The notes under the pieces were generated by a model that searched no databases, was not told where the DNA came from, and was given only the letters and a program-made list of their open reading frames with translations. The position numbers and the translations under genes were made by a program. From an uncultured Planctomycetaceae bacterium (GTDB lineage Bacteria > Planctomycetota > Planctomycetia > Planctomycetales > Planctomycetaceae), in contig CAWFGE010000012.1 in NCBI GenBank assembly GCA_963815195.1, positions 448,001 to 512,000 of the forward strand: a stretch of 64,000 bases of DNA. The letters run 5' to 3'. Numbering within the stretch: the stretch's first letter is position 1; each line of letters begins with the position of its first letter. This document shows, piece after piece, positions 9,528 to 20,328 of this stretch.

Positions 9528-10745
9528 CTAAAACGCCGATTCGAGGAGGCCCAGGAGGTCGGCTTCGCTCGGGAGTTGGGGATTGAGGAGCATCAGGCGT
9601 TTGATTTCATAAGCCTTGGCGGCGAAGGCGGGGAGCTCTTCGCGGGTGCCGCCCAGGTCGCGGATGCGTTCGGGAATGCCGATGTCCCTTCGCAGTTTCT
9701 CCACCGCCGCGATCGCCCGCGGGGCGGCGTCTTCGGTGGAGAGGCCCGCGACGTCTTCGCCCAAGAGTTCCGCGATCTTGGCCATCTCCTTTCGCCGGAC
9801 GGATAGATTGTACCGCATGACATAAGGCAGCAAGAGGCCGTTGCCCGCTCCGTGCGAACAATGGAGCGCCCCGCCCAAGGGGTATTCCAAAGCATGCACC
9901 ACGGCCACCGCGCAATTGGAAAACGCGAGGCCCGCAAGCGTGGCCGCGAGAGCCATGCCTTCGCGGGCTTTGAGATTGTCCGGTTCCTTGACGGCCCGCA
10001 CCAAATGCGCGCCGACGAGCGAGATCGCTTTCTCGGCCAGACAATCGCCCAACGGCGTCTTGCCGTCATAAGGCCAGCCTTCGCCCGCCGGCACGGCCAA
10101 CTCCGTATAATCGACGGCGGTGTAGGCTTCGACGGCATGGGTCAGCGCGTCGATGCCGCTGTCGGCGGTCGCCTTGGGCGGGCAGGACAGCGTAAGTTCG
10201 GGATCGACGACCGCGACGCTCGGCCGCAGGAATTGGCTGAGCGTGCTGATCTTCATCTGGTTTTCGGCGTCGGTGAGCACGGCCGCGTGGGAGACCTCGC
10301 TGCCGGTGCCCGCGGTCGTGGGCACGCAAATCAAAGGGCAGAGGCGGCCGGGCACGTTGTCGTAGCCGAAGTAATCCTGAAAGCGGCCGCCGTGGGTGAA
10401 GAGAATCGCCGTGATCTTCGCCAGGTCCATATTGCTGCCGCCGCCCAATCCCAAAATCGCATCGGGCTGAAATCGCCGGGCCTCGGCGACGGCGGCCTCG
10501 GCGACGGCAAACGAAGGCTCGGGTTCGCCGCCTTCAAAGACGCCGACCGTCCGGCCCGATTTCAACAGCGGACTTCGCACGCGGTCCACCAGGCCCGCCT
10601 CGGCCAGTTTGGCATCGGTGACAACGAGGACCCGCTCGGAAGGAATCCGCGCCAGGTGCAGAGGAAGCTGCCGGCTCGCCCCGGAACCGAACACCAAATG
10701 CCCCGCCGAGTAGAAGTTCCAGGTCGTTCGCTGGGGATCGGTCAT
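9528..10745 (-). CDS. Iron-containing alcohol dehydrogenase
   Basis: GLGGGSNMD, PTTAGTGSE, DALTHAVE, VHALEY and HGAGN motifs. Confidence 0.93.
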   Translation of the reverse strand: MTDPQRTTWNFYSAGHLVFGSGASRQLPLHLARIPSERVLVVTDAKLAEAGLVDRVRSPLLKSGRTVGVFEGGEPEPSFAVAEAAVAEARRFQPDAILGLGGGSNMDLAKITAILFTHGGRFQDYFGYDNVPGRLCPLICVPTTAGTGSEVSHAAVLTDAENQMKISTLSQFLRPSVAVVDPELTLSCPPKATADSGIDALTHAVEAYTAVDYTELAVPAGEGWPYDGKTPLGDCLAEKAISLVGAHLVRAVKEPDNLKAREGMALAATLAGLAFSNCAVAVVHALEYPLGGALHCSHGAGNGLLLPYVMRYNLSVRRKEMAKIAELLGEDVAGLSTEDAAPRAIAAVEKLRRDIGIPERIRDLGGTREELPAFAAKAYEIKRLMLLNPQLPSEADLLGLLESAF

Positions 10746-10772
10746 CGGCCGGCGTTCTCCAAGGTGCTTGGA

Positions 10773-11291
10773 TCACAAAGAGGATTTGTCGTTCCAGGCG
10801 GATTTCTCGCCCGAATCGCCCTCCGCCTCGCGGCCGCAGACCGACCCTTCGAGTGCAGGGGCCTGATCAGACGTGGCGACGGCGCAGGCGTCTTCGCTTT
10901 CCCAAACGACGACTTTCCAAGCGGTCACGCCCAACGGGGCCAACAGCCGCGGGCAGATTTCCGAGAGCAGATGCTGGGCCATGTTCTCCGCGGTGGGATT
11001 GTAGGGCATCACATAATACCGCGACGGCTCGACCTGCCGGATCGCACTTAAACCGTTCACGTCCCGCTCGCTGAGCAAGAACCCGTGGTCCCAATGCTCG
11101 TCGATCCAGCCTTTGAGCACGTTCTTCAGTTCGGAAAAATCGATCACCCGGCCCACGGCGTCCTGCCGAGTCCCCGCCACGTGAAACTCCGCGAGATAAT
11201 TGTGCCCATGAAAGTGCGCGCATTTCCCTTCGTGACCATACAATCGATGGCCCGCGCAAAATCGCACCCGCCGCATGATGGTGACGCTCAC
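10773..11291 (-). CDS. queD: 6-carboxytetrahydropterin synthase / PTPS family
   Basis: FCAGHRL, CAHFHGHNY, IDFSELK, WDHGFL, NPTAEN and VWES motifs. Confidence 0.85.
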   Translation of the reverse strand: MSVTIMRRVRFCAGHRLYGHEGKCAHFHGHNYLAEFHVAGTRQDAVGRVIDFSELKNVLKGWIDEHWDHGFLLSERDVNGLSAIRQVEPSRYYVMPYNPTAENMAQHLLSEICPRLLAPLGVTAWKVVVWESEDACAVATSDQAPALEGSVCGREAEGDSGEKSAWNDKSSL

Positions 11292-11336
11292 CGCTGGCTA
11301 CTCCACGGATTTTGTCTCATCGCAATCGCATTTCCG

Positions 11337-14300
11337 TTACGAACGAGAAGGCTCCTTGGGGGAATCGACCTGTTCGATCTGGATCACGCCTTCATAGAAC
11401 GTCACCGTGACGCTTTTCGTTTCCGGCTGCACGGTGATCGACAACGGCGAGACGTTTTGGAGTCGATTGTGCTCGTAGACGAGTTCGCCGGTCCTGAGGT
11501 CCAAAACCCGCACGGCAAAGTTGTTCGCCCCAAACCCGCCGACGGCCCGCTGCGGCAAGAGGCGTTTGTTGAATACGATCACCCGCGAATTGTCAGGCGG
11601 CAGCTCCTCGACGGCCTGGTTTTCGATTCGCGTTTTCCAAAGTTGCTTGCCGGTCTCCCGGTCAAATGCATAGACCAGGCCGTTGACGCGCCGGGTTTGG
11701 CGGGTGAGTTCCCGCGGGAATCCGCCCAGGCCCGCCTGTTGCTCCTCCCCGCGGTCGGTGAGCACGACATAGCGGCCCGTCTGCTTGAGCACCCAAAACG
11801 ATTTGAGGTCTTTGTCCGGTTCGAGCGCGGCATCGAGCTGCAGCGTTCCGTCCGCGAGCAAGACGATGCGGAGTTTTCCGTCCAGAGCGAGCAACGCGAG
11901 TTCGTCCTTGCCGACCGGATGAAGCCGCGTGCCTTCGGGAAACGCCTGCTGCCAGCGCACGCGGTCATCGAGGAGACTTCGGCATTCCAGCACGGCCCGG
12001 CCCTTTACGGACGCTTTGACGATCACATCGAGCCCGCGGATCGCCACCTGGTTTGCGGGGTCGGGCAGATTGAGCGTGCGGACGAGGCCTCCGTCGGACA
12101 CGCGATAAATCGCGGCGGTCTGGCCCGGCCGCGGAACGACCGCGAGGTGCCGATCGTCGCCGAAGAGCCGGCTGTTCGCGGGGATTTCATCCCGCACCCA
12201 CAGCGGTTCGCCCGTGACCGGATCGGCGGCGGTGAGGCGTTCCCCGACCTGATAGACCACGGCGTTCGCATTCACGAGGCCCACGGTGCCCAGCGGCTCA
12301 TCCAAATCGGGACCGGCGCCGGGGAAGATGCGGTTTTGCCGGAAACGCTGCATCCGCAAGATCATCTCCGGATCGACGCTGCCGTCGGTCAGGACGTCCG
12401 ACCACAGCACCGTGCCGGTGTGCTTCCGGTTGAGCATGTCGAGCACGGTAAACTGCGTCCCGGACGAAAGCACGCCCAGCGGCCCGTGCAAAAAGAGCGT
12501 AAAGCCGTTCGGATTGCGAAAGAAACCGCTCGTGTCCCGCAGGTCGAAATGCCAGCGGGCGGTGCCGTTCTCGTCGCGAGCCAACAACCGCGGCGATTGC
12601 TGGTCGATCGCAAACGTCCAATGCTCGAAAGGCGACGGCGAACTGCTGCGGACTTCCACCGGCAGCTCTGGGAGCACCGCCACTCGGCGGAGTTGGAGCT
12701 TGCCTTGAAGTTTTCCGCCGGACCAGCGGGGCGATTGAGGAGCCTTGAGCGCCTGAAAATCCTCCCGCCATTCGTCCGGCCATTTTTTGCCCAGTTCTTC
12801 GATCAGCGGAAACGCCTCGCCGTCGCGGTCCAGGCGGAGGTACACTTCGGCGAGGGCCAGCGTCGCCTTCGAGGCGATTTTGTCGGAGGGCGATTTTCGC
12901 AGCCGATCGAGCACCAGCACCTTGCGGATCAATTGATCCTCCTTGCGCCAATCCTGAATGTGTTCCAGTTCCGCCGCCTCGACGGAGGGCAAACTCGGCA
13001 GAGAGGACAACAGGTTCCACTGGGCTTTGGGAGCGAGATTCGGAAGCGACGCCGCCAGTTCCCGGGCCGCGGTCTGGTCCCATTGGGCGAGTTCTTCGGG
13101 CGAGGCTTTCGCGACCAAAGGCTCGATGCGGGCTTTGATCCAGCGGTCGGTCCGCGCGTGGTGCAGGCTGGACAACTCCTTGAGTTCCGCCGTGCCTTGA
13201 AACGAAACCGCGAGCTTCAAATACTCCGAAAACGCCATCGTGCGGGTTTGGGGATCGTCCGCGCCGGCCGCCGTTTGTTGGAGGAACAGCAGTCGCTCAT
13301 CGGGCGTGCGGAGCAGTCGGCGCAACTCCTCGGTCTGGCCTTGATAGCGTTTGTAGTCGGTCCGCAGGCCTTCGAGCAGCGTGCCCACGAGCAGCGACCG
13401 CGTTTCCTCCGCGGGCCGGATCGCCCAGGCGTTTCGCAAATCCGCGAGTGCTTGGTTCGGGTCGCCCAGGTGGAGTTCGATCGCCCCGCGGAGGGCGAGG
13501 GCGTGGGCATCGTCGGCGTTGGTTTTCAGCCGCGTTTGGATGTCGGCGTTGATCTGGTCCAGCGAACGGAACGCCCCCACGGAATCGACCGATTGAAACA
13601 CCACCCGCCCGCCCGCGGAAACCAGGTTGCCCGCGACTTCTCCGCCAGGCAGTTTGGAGCGGGCGGTCAATCGGCCGGATTTGACGTTGATGGTCGCGAT
13701 TTCGCCGTCGGCGAGGGGCAGATGATACTTTTCATCCGCAAAAAAGCCGCGACCGGCGGGCTGGGAAACGCTGACCGGCGCGGGCCACGCGTTTTGGCCG
13801 TCGGTCAACCGCACCGCGCGGACTTGTTTCCGCCCGACAACAATCGCCATGCCGTCGAAAGCGCCCGCGAGATAAATCCCGTCGCCGCGAGGCAAGGCCC
13901 ATTGGAGCCGGCCGGTCGAGAGATCGAGACAGTGCAGTTCCTGGGAATCGTTGGGCGTCAGCAGCACCCGCCCGTCCGCCACGACGGGCACCGAATCCGC
14001 CCAGCAGTCTTCGGGATGGATGCTCTCTTGCAGGAACGCGAAATTCCGCCCCTGCATCATGGCCATATTCGTGACCATCGTGTCTTCGGTCTGATCCGAC
14101 TCGTATTTGTACGCCCACAAAAGCATCCGGCGAGAAACATCGACGGCCACCACCGCGCCGGCGGCGGTGGGGCAGATCATCACGCCCTCTCCAAAGGCGG
14201 GCGAGAGGCCGGTCAGCCGGCGTTGGCGGTTGACTTTCAAATTCATCGCCGGCGAGAGCAGCCGCTGTTCCCAGACCACCTTGCCGGTTGCGGCATGCAA

Positions 14301-15914
14301 AACGATCACGCTGATTTCGTTGTTGCGTTCGCCCAGGCAATAAAGCTGTTGTCCCAGAGGCAGCGGGGGACCCAAAAAGAACGTCCCCCCAATCAGATCG
14401 TCGTTGGTCACCCGCAGCCCGCCGGCTTCCCATTCCGCCCGGCCGGTTTTGAGGCCGAAGGCCATCAGCTTGTTGTACGTTTTGGGCGAGAGCGGATCGG
14501 CCTCTCCGTTGATGGCGTAATGCACGCCGTCGGTCATGCCCACGTCTTCCACCGAATACACCCGCTGCGGATCACAGCTCAAGGTGCCAAAGGTCACATC
14601 CCTCCAGACCCGCTGGGCCAAAAACTGTTCGAGGGCCGAGGGCGTCCGGTTGTTCGGCCGGCCGCCCGGCTGGGGGAATTGATCGGGCCGCGGATTGACG
14701 TGCGAAAGCACTGGCCGGAGCACGGCATCCGCCTGGGAGGTTTTCCAGCGGGTTTCCCCCGTGCGGAGATCGACCGCCTGCACGTTCTGCATCGTGCGGA
14801 AAACGGCCATTCCATTCGCGATCAACGGCCGGCTCGCCGGCACCGCCAATAGGCGATTGTCCTCGCGGCGGGCTTCGGCGAGTTTTTGGACGGTCTGATC
14901 CATCCGCGCCATCTGCCCGCGCGACAGACCGGAGGAATCCTCATCGCGAATCGTGGACCGCGACCAGGCCACCGGACCCACGGGACTGGCTTTTGTGCTG
15001 ACGGCGTTTCGCCCCGGATTGCCGCGGGGCATCGTCCACTCTTCCGCCGCGGCGTGAGACCCCGCGCCCGCTTTCCCCAACGTCGCCGCCAGCCAACTGC
15101 GGGCGTCAGATTCCTGATCGAACAACGCCACCTCGCGCCGGCCGAGCCGAATCCGGCCGCGGGGCGCTTCGCGTTTGAGCTGCTTGAGCACCGCCAGGCT
15201 GTTCGCCGGCAAACCCGCCTGTTCCCAGCACAAGGCCAGCTTGAGCGAGAGCATGGGCTCGTAGCGCGTCGCGATCTCGGGCAAGACTTTGATCCGCTGA
15301 AGCTGGAGCGCCGCCGCGAACGGTTCCCCGTGATCCGCCGAGAGCAACCCCAAGCGGTACACCGCTTCGTAACCGGCCTTGGTATGGAAGAACCGGCGGG
15401 CGATCTCGTTGAGCTTCCCGGCGTCGCCCGCTTTCACCGCCTCCTTGAGCATCACGTCCGCCGTAATTCCAAACTCCTGATCGTAAACCCTCTGTCCCGC
15501 TTCGGGCATCGCCCCGACCAGTTCTTCCGCGACGTTCTTCAGGCTTTGGAAATGGGTCTGCTTTTCCGGTTCCCCTTCCCCGGCCTTGCTCGGCCGCGGG
15601 GCCAGAGGCTTCTGTTCGCGCGGCGTTTCGACGAACCAGTCTTCCTTTTCATCCAACACGCTCTGGAGATACCGCGCCGCGTTTTGGTAATCCTCTTCTT
15701 CCAAAAGCTTCTTGGCGTGCGTCAGTCGGCGGGACATTTCGCGGTTGGTGACGAACGCCGGCCCGTCTTCCAGTTCTTCCTGATAGGTCACGCCGTTGGG
15801 AAACTGCCGAATCAACACCCCCCGTTGCGCCGATGCCTCCGTCCACAAGACGAGCCAGCACAGGACTCCGAGTCCCAGCGCCTGCCCCAAATTCAAATGC
15901 CGAACCTGCAGCAT
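11337..15914 (-). CDS. Large exported protein (1525 aa) with TPR-like helices and PQQ-like (BamB-like) beta-propeller repeats
   Basis: Signal peptide; repeated A-D/L-x-x-TG-x-x-x-W motifs; helical TPR-like segments. Confidence 0.8.
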   Translation of the reverse strand: MLQVRHLNLGQALGLGVLCWLVLWTEASAQRGVLIRQFPNGVTYQEELEDGPAFVTNREMSRRLTHAKKLLEEEDYQNAARYLQSVLDEKEDWFVETPREQKPLAPRPSKAGEGEPEKQTHFQSLKNVAEELVGAMPEAGQRVYDQEFGITADVMLKEAVKAGDAGKLNEIARRFFHTKAGYEAVYRLGLLSADHGEPFAAALQLQRIKVLPEIATRYEPMLSLKLALCWEQAGLPANSLAVLKQLKREAPRGRIRLGRREVALFDQESDARSWLAATLGKAGAGSHAAAEEWTMPRGNPGRNAVSTKASPVGPVAWSRSTIRDEDSSGLSRGQMARMDQTVQKLAEARREDNRLLAVPASRPLIANGMAVFRTMQNVQAVDLRTGETRWKTSQADAVLRPVLSHVNPRPDQFPQPGGRPNNRTPSALEQFLAQRVWRDVTFGTLSCDPQRVYSVEDVGMTDGVHYAINGEADPLSPKTYNKLMAFGLKTGRAEWEAGGLRVTNDDLIGGTFFLGPPLPLGQQLYCLGERNNEISVIVLHAATGKVVWEQRLLSPAMNLKVNRQRRLTGLSPAFGEGVMICPTAAGAVVAVDVSRRMLLWAYKYESDQTEDTMVTNMAMMQGRNFAFLQESIHPEDCWADSVPVVADGRVLLTPNDSQELHCLDLSTGRLQWALPRGDGIYLAGAFDGMAIVVGRKQVRAVRLTDGQNAWPAPVSVSQPAGRGFFADEKYHLPLADGEIATINVKSGRLTARSKLPGGEVAGNLVSAGGRVVFQSVDSVGAFRSLDQINADIQTRLKTNADDAHALALRGAIELHLGDPNQALADLRNAWAIRPAEETRSLLVGTLLEGLRTDYKRYQGQTEELRRLLRTPDERLLFLQQTAAGADDPQTRTMAFSEYLKLAVSFQGTAELKELSSLHHARTDRWIKARIEPLVAKASPEELAQWDQTAARELAASLPNLAPKAQWNLLSSLPSLPSVEAAELEHIQDWRKEDQLIRKVLVLDRLRKSPSDKIASKATLALAEVYLRLDRDGEAFPLIEELGKKWPDEWREDFQALKAPQSPRWSGGKLQGKLQLRRVAVLPELPVEVRSSSPSPFEHWTFAIDQQSPRLLARDENGTARWHFDLRDTSGFFRNPNGFTLFLHGPLGVLSSGTQFTVLDMLNRKHTGTVLWSDVLTDGSVDPEMILRMQRFRQNRIFPGAGPDLDEPLGTVGLVNANAVVYQVGERLTAADPVTGEPLWVRDEIPANSRLFGDDRHLAVVPRPGQTAAIYRVSDGGLVRTLNLPDPANQVAIRGLDVIVKASVKGRAVLECRSLLDDRVRWQQAFPEGTRLHPVGKDELALLALDGKLRIVLLADGTLQLDAALEPDKDLKSFWVLKQTGRYVVLTDRGEEQQAGLGGFPRELTRQTRRVNGLVYAFDRETGKQLWKTRIENQAVEELPPDNSRVIVFNKRLLPQRAVGGFGANNFAVRVLDLRTGELVYEHNRLQNVSPLSITVQPETKSVTVTFYEGVIQIEQVDSPKEPSRS

Positions 15915-16096
15915 AACAGGATCTCCTTAGATATCGTTCGGGCTTTGGGACTTCGGACGAACCCGGAAAGGAAGACCTTCCGGGAAAAAACTAACCTTCG
16001 CCCGCAGTTTTCGTGCCGAACGCTTCCTTTAGCATAGCGGATTCCGCAAGAAAAAAGCAGCCCGATTTGCCCGTACCCGGCATCTGAGTGTCAAGG

Positions 16097-16225
16097 GGAT
16101 CTGGGTGGCACGCCCTGAGGCACGAAGGGCGTGGTCTTTGCACTGGCCACGCCCTTCGCTGAGGTCCTGAGGCTCAGGGACGTGCCACCCAAATTGGCCC
16201 ATGACCTACTTTCGTGACACGCACA
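16097..16225. repeat. REPIN/MITE-like palindromic element, family A (copy 1)
   Basis: TGGGTGGCACGCCCTGAG...CGAAGGGCGTGG pairs with CCACGCCCTTCG...CTCAGGGACGTGCCACCCA; near reverse-complement copy at 30476-30597. Confidence 0.88.
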
Positions 16226-16286
16226 CGAGGCATCTCATCGATTTTCAAATCACGAGAGGCGCGGCGATCTACCGATGCGCCTCTCC

Positions 16287-16345
16287 CGTAGCGGCGGCTT
16301 CGAGCCGCCGAGATCGATCTCCGGCGGCAAGATGCCGCCGCTACG
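16287..16345. repeat. GTAG-type REP doublet (family F)
   Basis: CGTAGCGGCGGC...GCCGCCG and CGGCGGC...GCCGCCGCTACG form an inverted pair with GTAG/CTAC ends. Confidence 0.7.
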
Positions 16346-16616
16346 TTCGTTGCGAGGTCCCGCATAATTCCTTAAACGCCAGGCAAGCCGCCGATCGAAA
16401 TCGCTTGTACGGGTTTTTTGAGAGCGGAACGAGTGCGGAATCGCTTTAGCGGGTTAGTGCGGCTTTAACGGCCTTGCATCGCCCGCGGAAGGGAAATTTC
16501 TCATTTCCCAAAGGCCGGTTGTCTTTTTGCATCGCATGTTTCAGTACCGCCCAATATCGCCGAGGCGGCGCGGTTAACCCCTGATTTGCGACATTGATGC
16601 AAGGAATACGGTTCGC

Positions 16617-18287
16617 ATGGCCATACTTTCTTCCTTTTCGCTCAAGCCCCCGCGAGGAACCGCTCCCAAGCGGCGGGCCGAACGGGCTTCGTTTCGTCTG
16701 ACGTACCAGCTCGACGGGAACGAAATCAGCGAGGAGTTTTTCGAGCCGGTCGTCGTCTTGGGCCGGGCGAAGACCTGCGACGTGGTCGTTCCCTTGACCG
16801 GCGTTTCGCGGAACCACGCGCTGATCGAGCGGGACGAAGACGGCTGGGTGCTCGCCGACGCGGGCAGCACCTACGGAACGTTTCTCAACTGCGAACGCAT
16901 CACTCGCAGGCGATTGTTCGACGGCGACAAGATCAATCTCGGCCCCGCCTCGCGAATCCCCGTCACGATCCGCTTTGAAGACGCCGACTCCGACGAGGCG
17001 TCACCGCAGGAAAGCGTCGTGTTCGACGAGGCGTCCGCCAATGTGAGCATGATGATCAATGTCGAGGACTTCCACAGCGAGCAGCCCGCCCTGGGGAAGG
17101 CCGGCATCATCAACTTGTTCAGCCAGGTCGGCGAAGCCCTGTTGAGCAGCGAAGACCTCGACAGCATGCTCGAGCACGTCGCGGATCTCACCCTCAAAAA
17201 CCTGCCGGCGCTGCGGAGCGTCGTCTGCCTTTACGAGGAGGAGACGGGACAGTTGTTTCCCAAGGCATCGCGGTCGAAGGAGACATCTCGCGGGGACGAG
17301 CCGATCGCCATCAGCCAGAGCATCGCCAAACGGGCCATCGAAGCCCGCACCGCCGTCTTGATCGACGACGCCCTCGAAGACGAGCAATTCGCCGCAGCCG
17401 CCAGCATCGTCCAGCAGGACATTCGCTCGGCGATGTGCGCTCCGATGTACCACAACGGCGTCGTCACCGGATTGATCTACGTCGATACCAACGATGTGCT
17501 CAACCGCTTCGAGGCGGGGCATCTCGAAGTGCTCACCGCGCTCGCGGTGCTGGCGGCGGTCGGCGTGGAGCAGGAACGCCTCCGGCGGGACATCCTGCAG
17601 GAGAAGGCGATCCGCGATCGGCTGGCCCGCTACAGTTCCCCCAACGTCGTCGAGCGGATCGTCGCCGACAAGCAGTCGCAGCTCGATGAAATGCACGCCG
17701 AGGAACGCGAGGTGAGCGTGCTGTTCTGCGATCTCTCCGGGTTCACGTCCATGTCCGAGCACATGGCCCCCTCGGAACTGGCCCAGGTACTCAACGACTT
17801 GTTCGCCCGCCTCACGAACGCAATCTTCCGCTTTGAAGGGACCTTGGACAAATTCATGGGCGATGCGGTGATGGCGATCTTCGGAGCCCCGCTGTCCCAG
17901 CCGGACCACGCCGAGCGCGCGGTGGGGGCGGCAATCATGATGCAGCACGCCCTCGAAGACTTCAACCGCCAAAACCCCGACCGCAAAACGATCAGCATGC
18001 GGGTCGGCATCAATTCCGGGAACGTCGTGGCGGGAGACATCGGCTCCCCCAAACGCAAGGACTACACGGTCCTCGGCGATACGGTGAACGTCGCCAGCCG
18101 GCTCGAATCCTCCGTCGCCAAATCCGGCCAGATCGCCGTCGGCCCCGCGACGTATGAGATGGTCAAAAAACGCTTCGAATGCCGGCCGCTGGAACCCGTC
18201 AAGCTCAAAGGCAAACAGGACTGCGTCCAGCCCTACCTCGTGATCGGCGAAACCCGCAACGACCGTCAAACCTGGACGGAAGATTGA
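16617..18287 (+). CDS. FHA-GAF-class III adenylate cyclase
   Basis: FHA motifs LGR, VSRNHA, GSTYGTFLN; GAF motif IRSAMCAPM..GLIYVD; cyclase motifs FCDLSGFT, DKFMGDAVMA, DYTVLGDTVNVASRLE. The K/D specificity residues indicate ATP. Confidence 0.92.
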   Translation: MAILSSFSLKPPRGTAPKRRAERASFRLTYQLDGNEISEEFFEPVVVLGRAKTCDVVVPLTGVSRNHALIERDEDGWVLADAGSTYGTFLNCERITRRRLFDGDKINLGPASRIPVTIRFEDADSDEASPQESVVFDEASANVSMMINVEDFHSEQPALGKAGIINLFSQVGEALLSSEDLDSMLEHVADLTLKNLPALRSVVCLYEEETGQLFPKASRSKETSRGDEPIAISQSIAKRAIEARTAVLIDDALEDEQFAAAASIVQQDIRSAMCAPMYHNGVVTGLIYVDTNDVLNRFEAGHLEVLTALAVLAAVGVEQERLRRDILQEKAIRDRLARYSSPNVVERIVADKQSQLDEMHAEEREVSVLFCDLSGFTSMSEHMAPSELAQVLNDLFARLTNAIFRFEGTLDKFMGDAVMAIFGAPLSQPDHAERAVGAAIMMQHALEDFNRQNPDRKTISMRVGINSGNVVAGDIGSPKRKDYTVLGDTVNVASRLESSVAKSGQIAVGPATYEMVKKRFECRPLEPVKLKGKQDCVQPYLVIGETRNDRQTWTED

Positions 18288-18318
18288 GCGGCCCGCGTCC
18301 GATTCGGTCATTCCCATG

Positions 18319-18372
18319 AACCGGGGCTAGCGCCCTGCGGCTCGTGAATCCCATCAGCCGGAACGCGCGTAG
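18319..18372. repeat. REP-like element, family C (GGGCTAGCGCCC core)
   Basis: AACCGGGGCTAGCGCCCTGCGGCT...CAGCCGGAACGCGC; reverse-complement homologue at 44007-44063. Confidence 0.7.
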
Positions 18373-18382
18373 TCGAAACACA

Positions 18383-18418
18383 AAGAGCCTGTGAGCAATC
18401 GTTTGCTCACAGGCTCTT
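18383..18418. terminator. Bidirectional intrinsic terminator
   Basis: Perfect 16-bp stem AAGAGCCTGTGAGCAA / TTGCTCACAGGCTCTT with a 4-nt loop between convergent genes, T-rich on both exits. Confidence 0.8.
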
Positions 18419-18446
18419 CATTTTTGCTTCGGTTACTCGAGTTCTG

Positions 18447-19724
18447 TTAGAAGGTCAGGATGGCGTCGATGCCGAAGACCGCCTGGTTGAACAGTTGGTC
18501 GTTAAAGCCCGATCCAGTATAGATGTCGTGGTTGGGCGAGAACATGTGCCGCATTTCCGGGCGAATCCGCAGGTTGGGCGTCGGAAAATAGTTCACGCCG
18601 TAGGTCACGGTGTAATAGGACGTGCCGTCGGCTTTGTACCATTCGCCGCGAACCCCCGCCTTCAGCTTGTCGGTCAGTTCGTAGAAGGCATAGTTGATGA
18701 AGCCGGTCGAATCGCCCGCGATGAAGCTGTTGGGATTGCGGAAGTTGCTGCCCAGGTTCGTGCCGAGCACGTCGAACTGGTGCACCGTGCTGAACTTGTC
18801 GGTCCAGTCGCGGGTGAGGATGAAGCTGTTGATGGCTCCGTCGCCGCGCCAACCCAGGTTTCCGCCGATCATGGAGTAGATGAAGTTCGTCTTGTCGTCG
18901 ATCTGGTAAGTAAACCCGCCCAAGAACGAGTTGCCTTGGTTGAATTGATAGAAGCCCGTGTCCATCCCCAGCACCCAGCCGCCGTTGACGGTCAGTTTGT
19001 CGTTGACCTTATAGCTCGCCAAGGCCCCGGTGTGGGTGAACGGCTCGCTGTTCCAGAAGGTCAACTGCCGGCTTAGGAAGAATTGGCCCGTGGAAGGGAT
19101 GACTTCGTAGCCCACGATCGTGTAGAAGTGGCCGAGCTTGACGGACAGGTTGCCCGCGGCGAGTTCGCCGTACAACTGGGGCAGGGCCCATTCATAAATG
19201 CCGTGGTCCCAGCCGTTCAAATAATCGTAGTGTCCGGGGTTGATGTTCCCGAAGGATTGGCCTTCGTTGCCGTCCACGCCGTAGAAGATGTCGGCCCGGA
19301 AGCCCCAGTCCAGTCCTTGGCTGCCGTCGGCGACTTTGCCGACATAGAGGTATTGTTGGTTCAAGTTGAACTTGTCCCATTCCCGCTGATTGAGGAACGG
19401 CCCATTGCCGGTGAAGGCTCCGTCGGGATTGTTCTGGTAACCCCACTGCGAGTAGCCGCCGAGTTCAAACCCGTTGTCGGTGACCCAATTGCTCCCGTCG
19501 CTGTTGGTAAAAATGTCGGTGATCACCCACGGTTCCTCGCCCTCCTCCTCTTGGGGCGGCGTGAAGACTCGTGCTTCAGCCACATCCGCCGGCTTGTACT
19601 CTTCGCTGAGTTCTTTCGTGTCTTGAGCCATTGCGCTGTTCGGCACCCCGACAGCGCAAAGCCCCAACAGAACGCCGGAACCAATCCACCGGCAAAGTTC
19701 TCGTCCAAAGCCATCCTTTAGCAT
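18447..19724 (-). CDS. Outer-membrane beta-barrel porin (BBP2/OmpL-like)
   Basis: GGAG precedes the ATG at 19724. Signal peptide; NQQYLY, LPQLYGE, KLGHFYTIVGYE, EPFTHTG, IRPEMR; C-terminal Phe. Confidence 0.85.
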   Translation of the reverse strand: MLKDGFGRELCRWIGSGVLLGLCAVGVPNSAMAQDTKELSEEYKPADVAEARVFTPPQEEEGEEPWVITDIFTNSDGSNWVTDNGFELGGYSQWGYQNNPDGAFTGNGPFLNQREWDKFNLNQQYLYVGKVADGSQGLDWGFRADIFYGVDGNEGQSFGNINPGHYDYLNGWDHGIYEWALPQLYGELAAGNLSVKLGHFYTIVGYEVIPSTGQFFLSRQLTFWNSEPFTHTGALASYKVNDKLTVNGGWVLGMDTGFYQFNQGNSFLGGFTYQIDDKTNFIYSMIGGNLGWRGDGAINSFILTRDWTDKFSTVHQFDVLGTNLGSNFRNPNSFIAGDSTGFINYAFYELTDKLKAGVRGEWYKADGTSYYTVTYGVNYFPTPNLRIRPEMRHMFSPNHDIYTGSGFNDQLFNQAVFGIDAILTF

Positions 19725-20328
19725 CGTTCGCTCCTGGTTTGCAATTTCCATATTACAGGCAGATCATTTCGCCGGAGTCGTGAGCGGCTGGGTAAACAAA
19801 GCCCCGGCAACGAATTGTAAACTGCCTCCGCCCGAGGCCATCCTTTCAAAAGATCAAACCATCGACGGAGAAAGTCACACACATCCATTCGACTCGTTGA
19901 GCGCGGTGAGCGGGAATGGCCATGTGGTAGGAAATCGGTTGTACGTTCCGGGAGGATCATTTTGCTTATTCCCCGCGTCAGGGATTCTCGGACTGTATCA
20001 ATCCCAACGACCGCATAAACCGCCTCAACCGGCACAATCGGCGGTCCGCCTTCAAGTTACGGCGAGTGCCAGGAGTGCCAGGAATAGACTCCGATGCCGA
20101 AACCTCTGGACAAACCCCACGGAACTTCGCCCATCAAAACCGGCAAAACCGCGACAGCTTGAGCGCAGTCTTTCCCTATTCGTCCTGACTAATAGGACAT
20201 CGCGATCGGCTTTTTGCGTGTCCGCCCGTCGGTCGAATCGCCAAAGCGGGGCCGGAGGTTTTCAAACGCGGGCGGTTCCGGTTAGACTTCATATAAGAAA
20301 TCGTGAATCTTTTCTCAGGAGATATTTG

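Noticed and set aside
11292..11336. preQ1 riboswitch upstream of queD
   Set aside because: The gap is only 45 nt and shows no preQ1 stem-loop or A-rich tail.
11085..14852. 1255-aa plus-strand ORF and other long antisense ORFs (e.g. 418-2286, 20176-22209, 27749-29185, 42239-43669)
   Set aside because: They lie opposite recognisable genes and contain no motifs; they are shadow ORFs expected in high-GC coding DNA.
19780..20328. Long N-terminal extensions in the ORF track (19780, 30500, 45159, 54080, 27986, 3528)
   Set aside because: The extensions are non-protein-like or run through REP elements; downstream starts with an RBS or family-typical N-termini were used instead.
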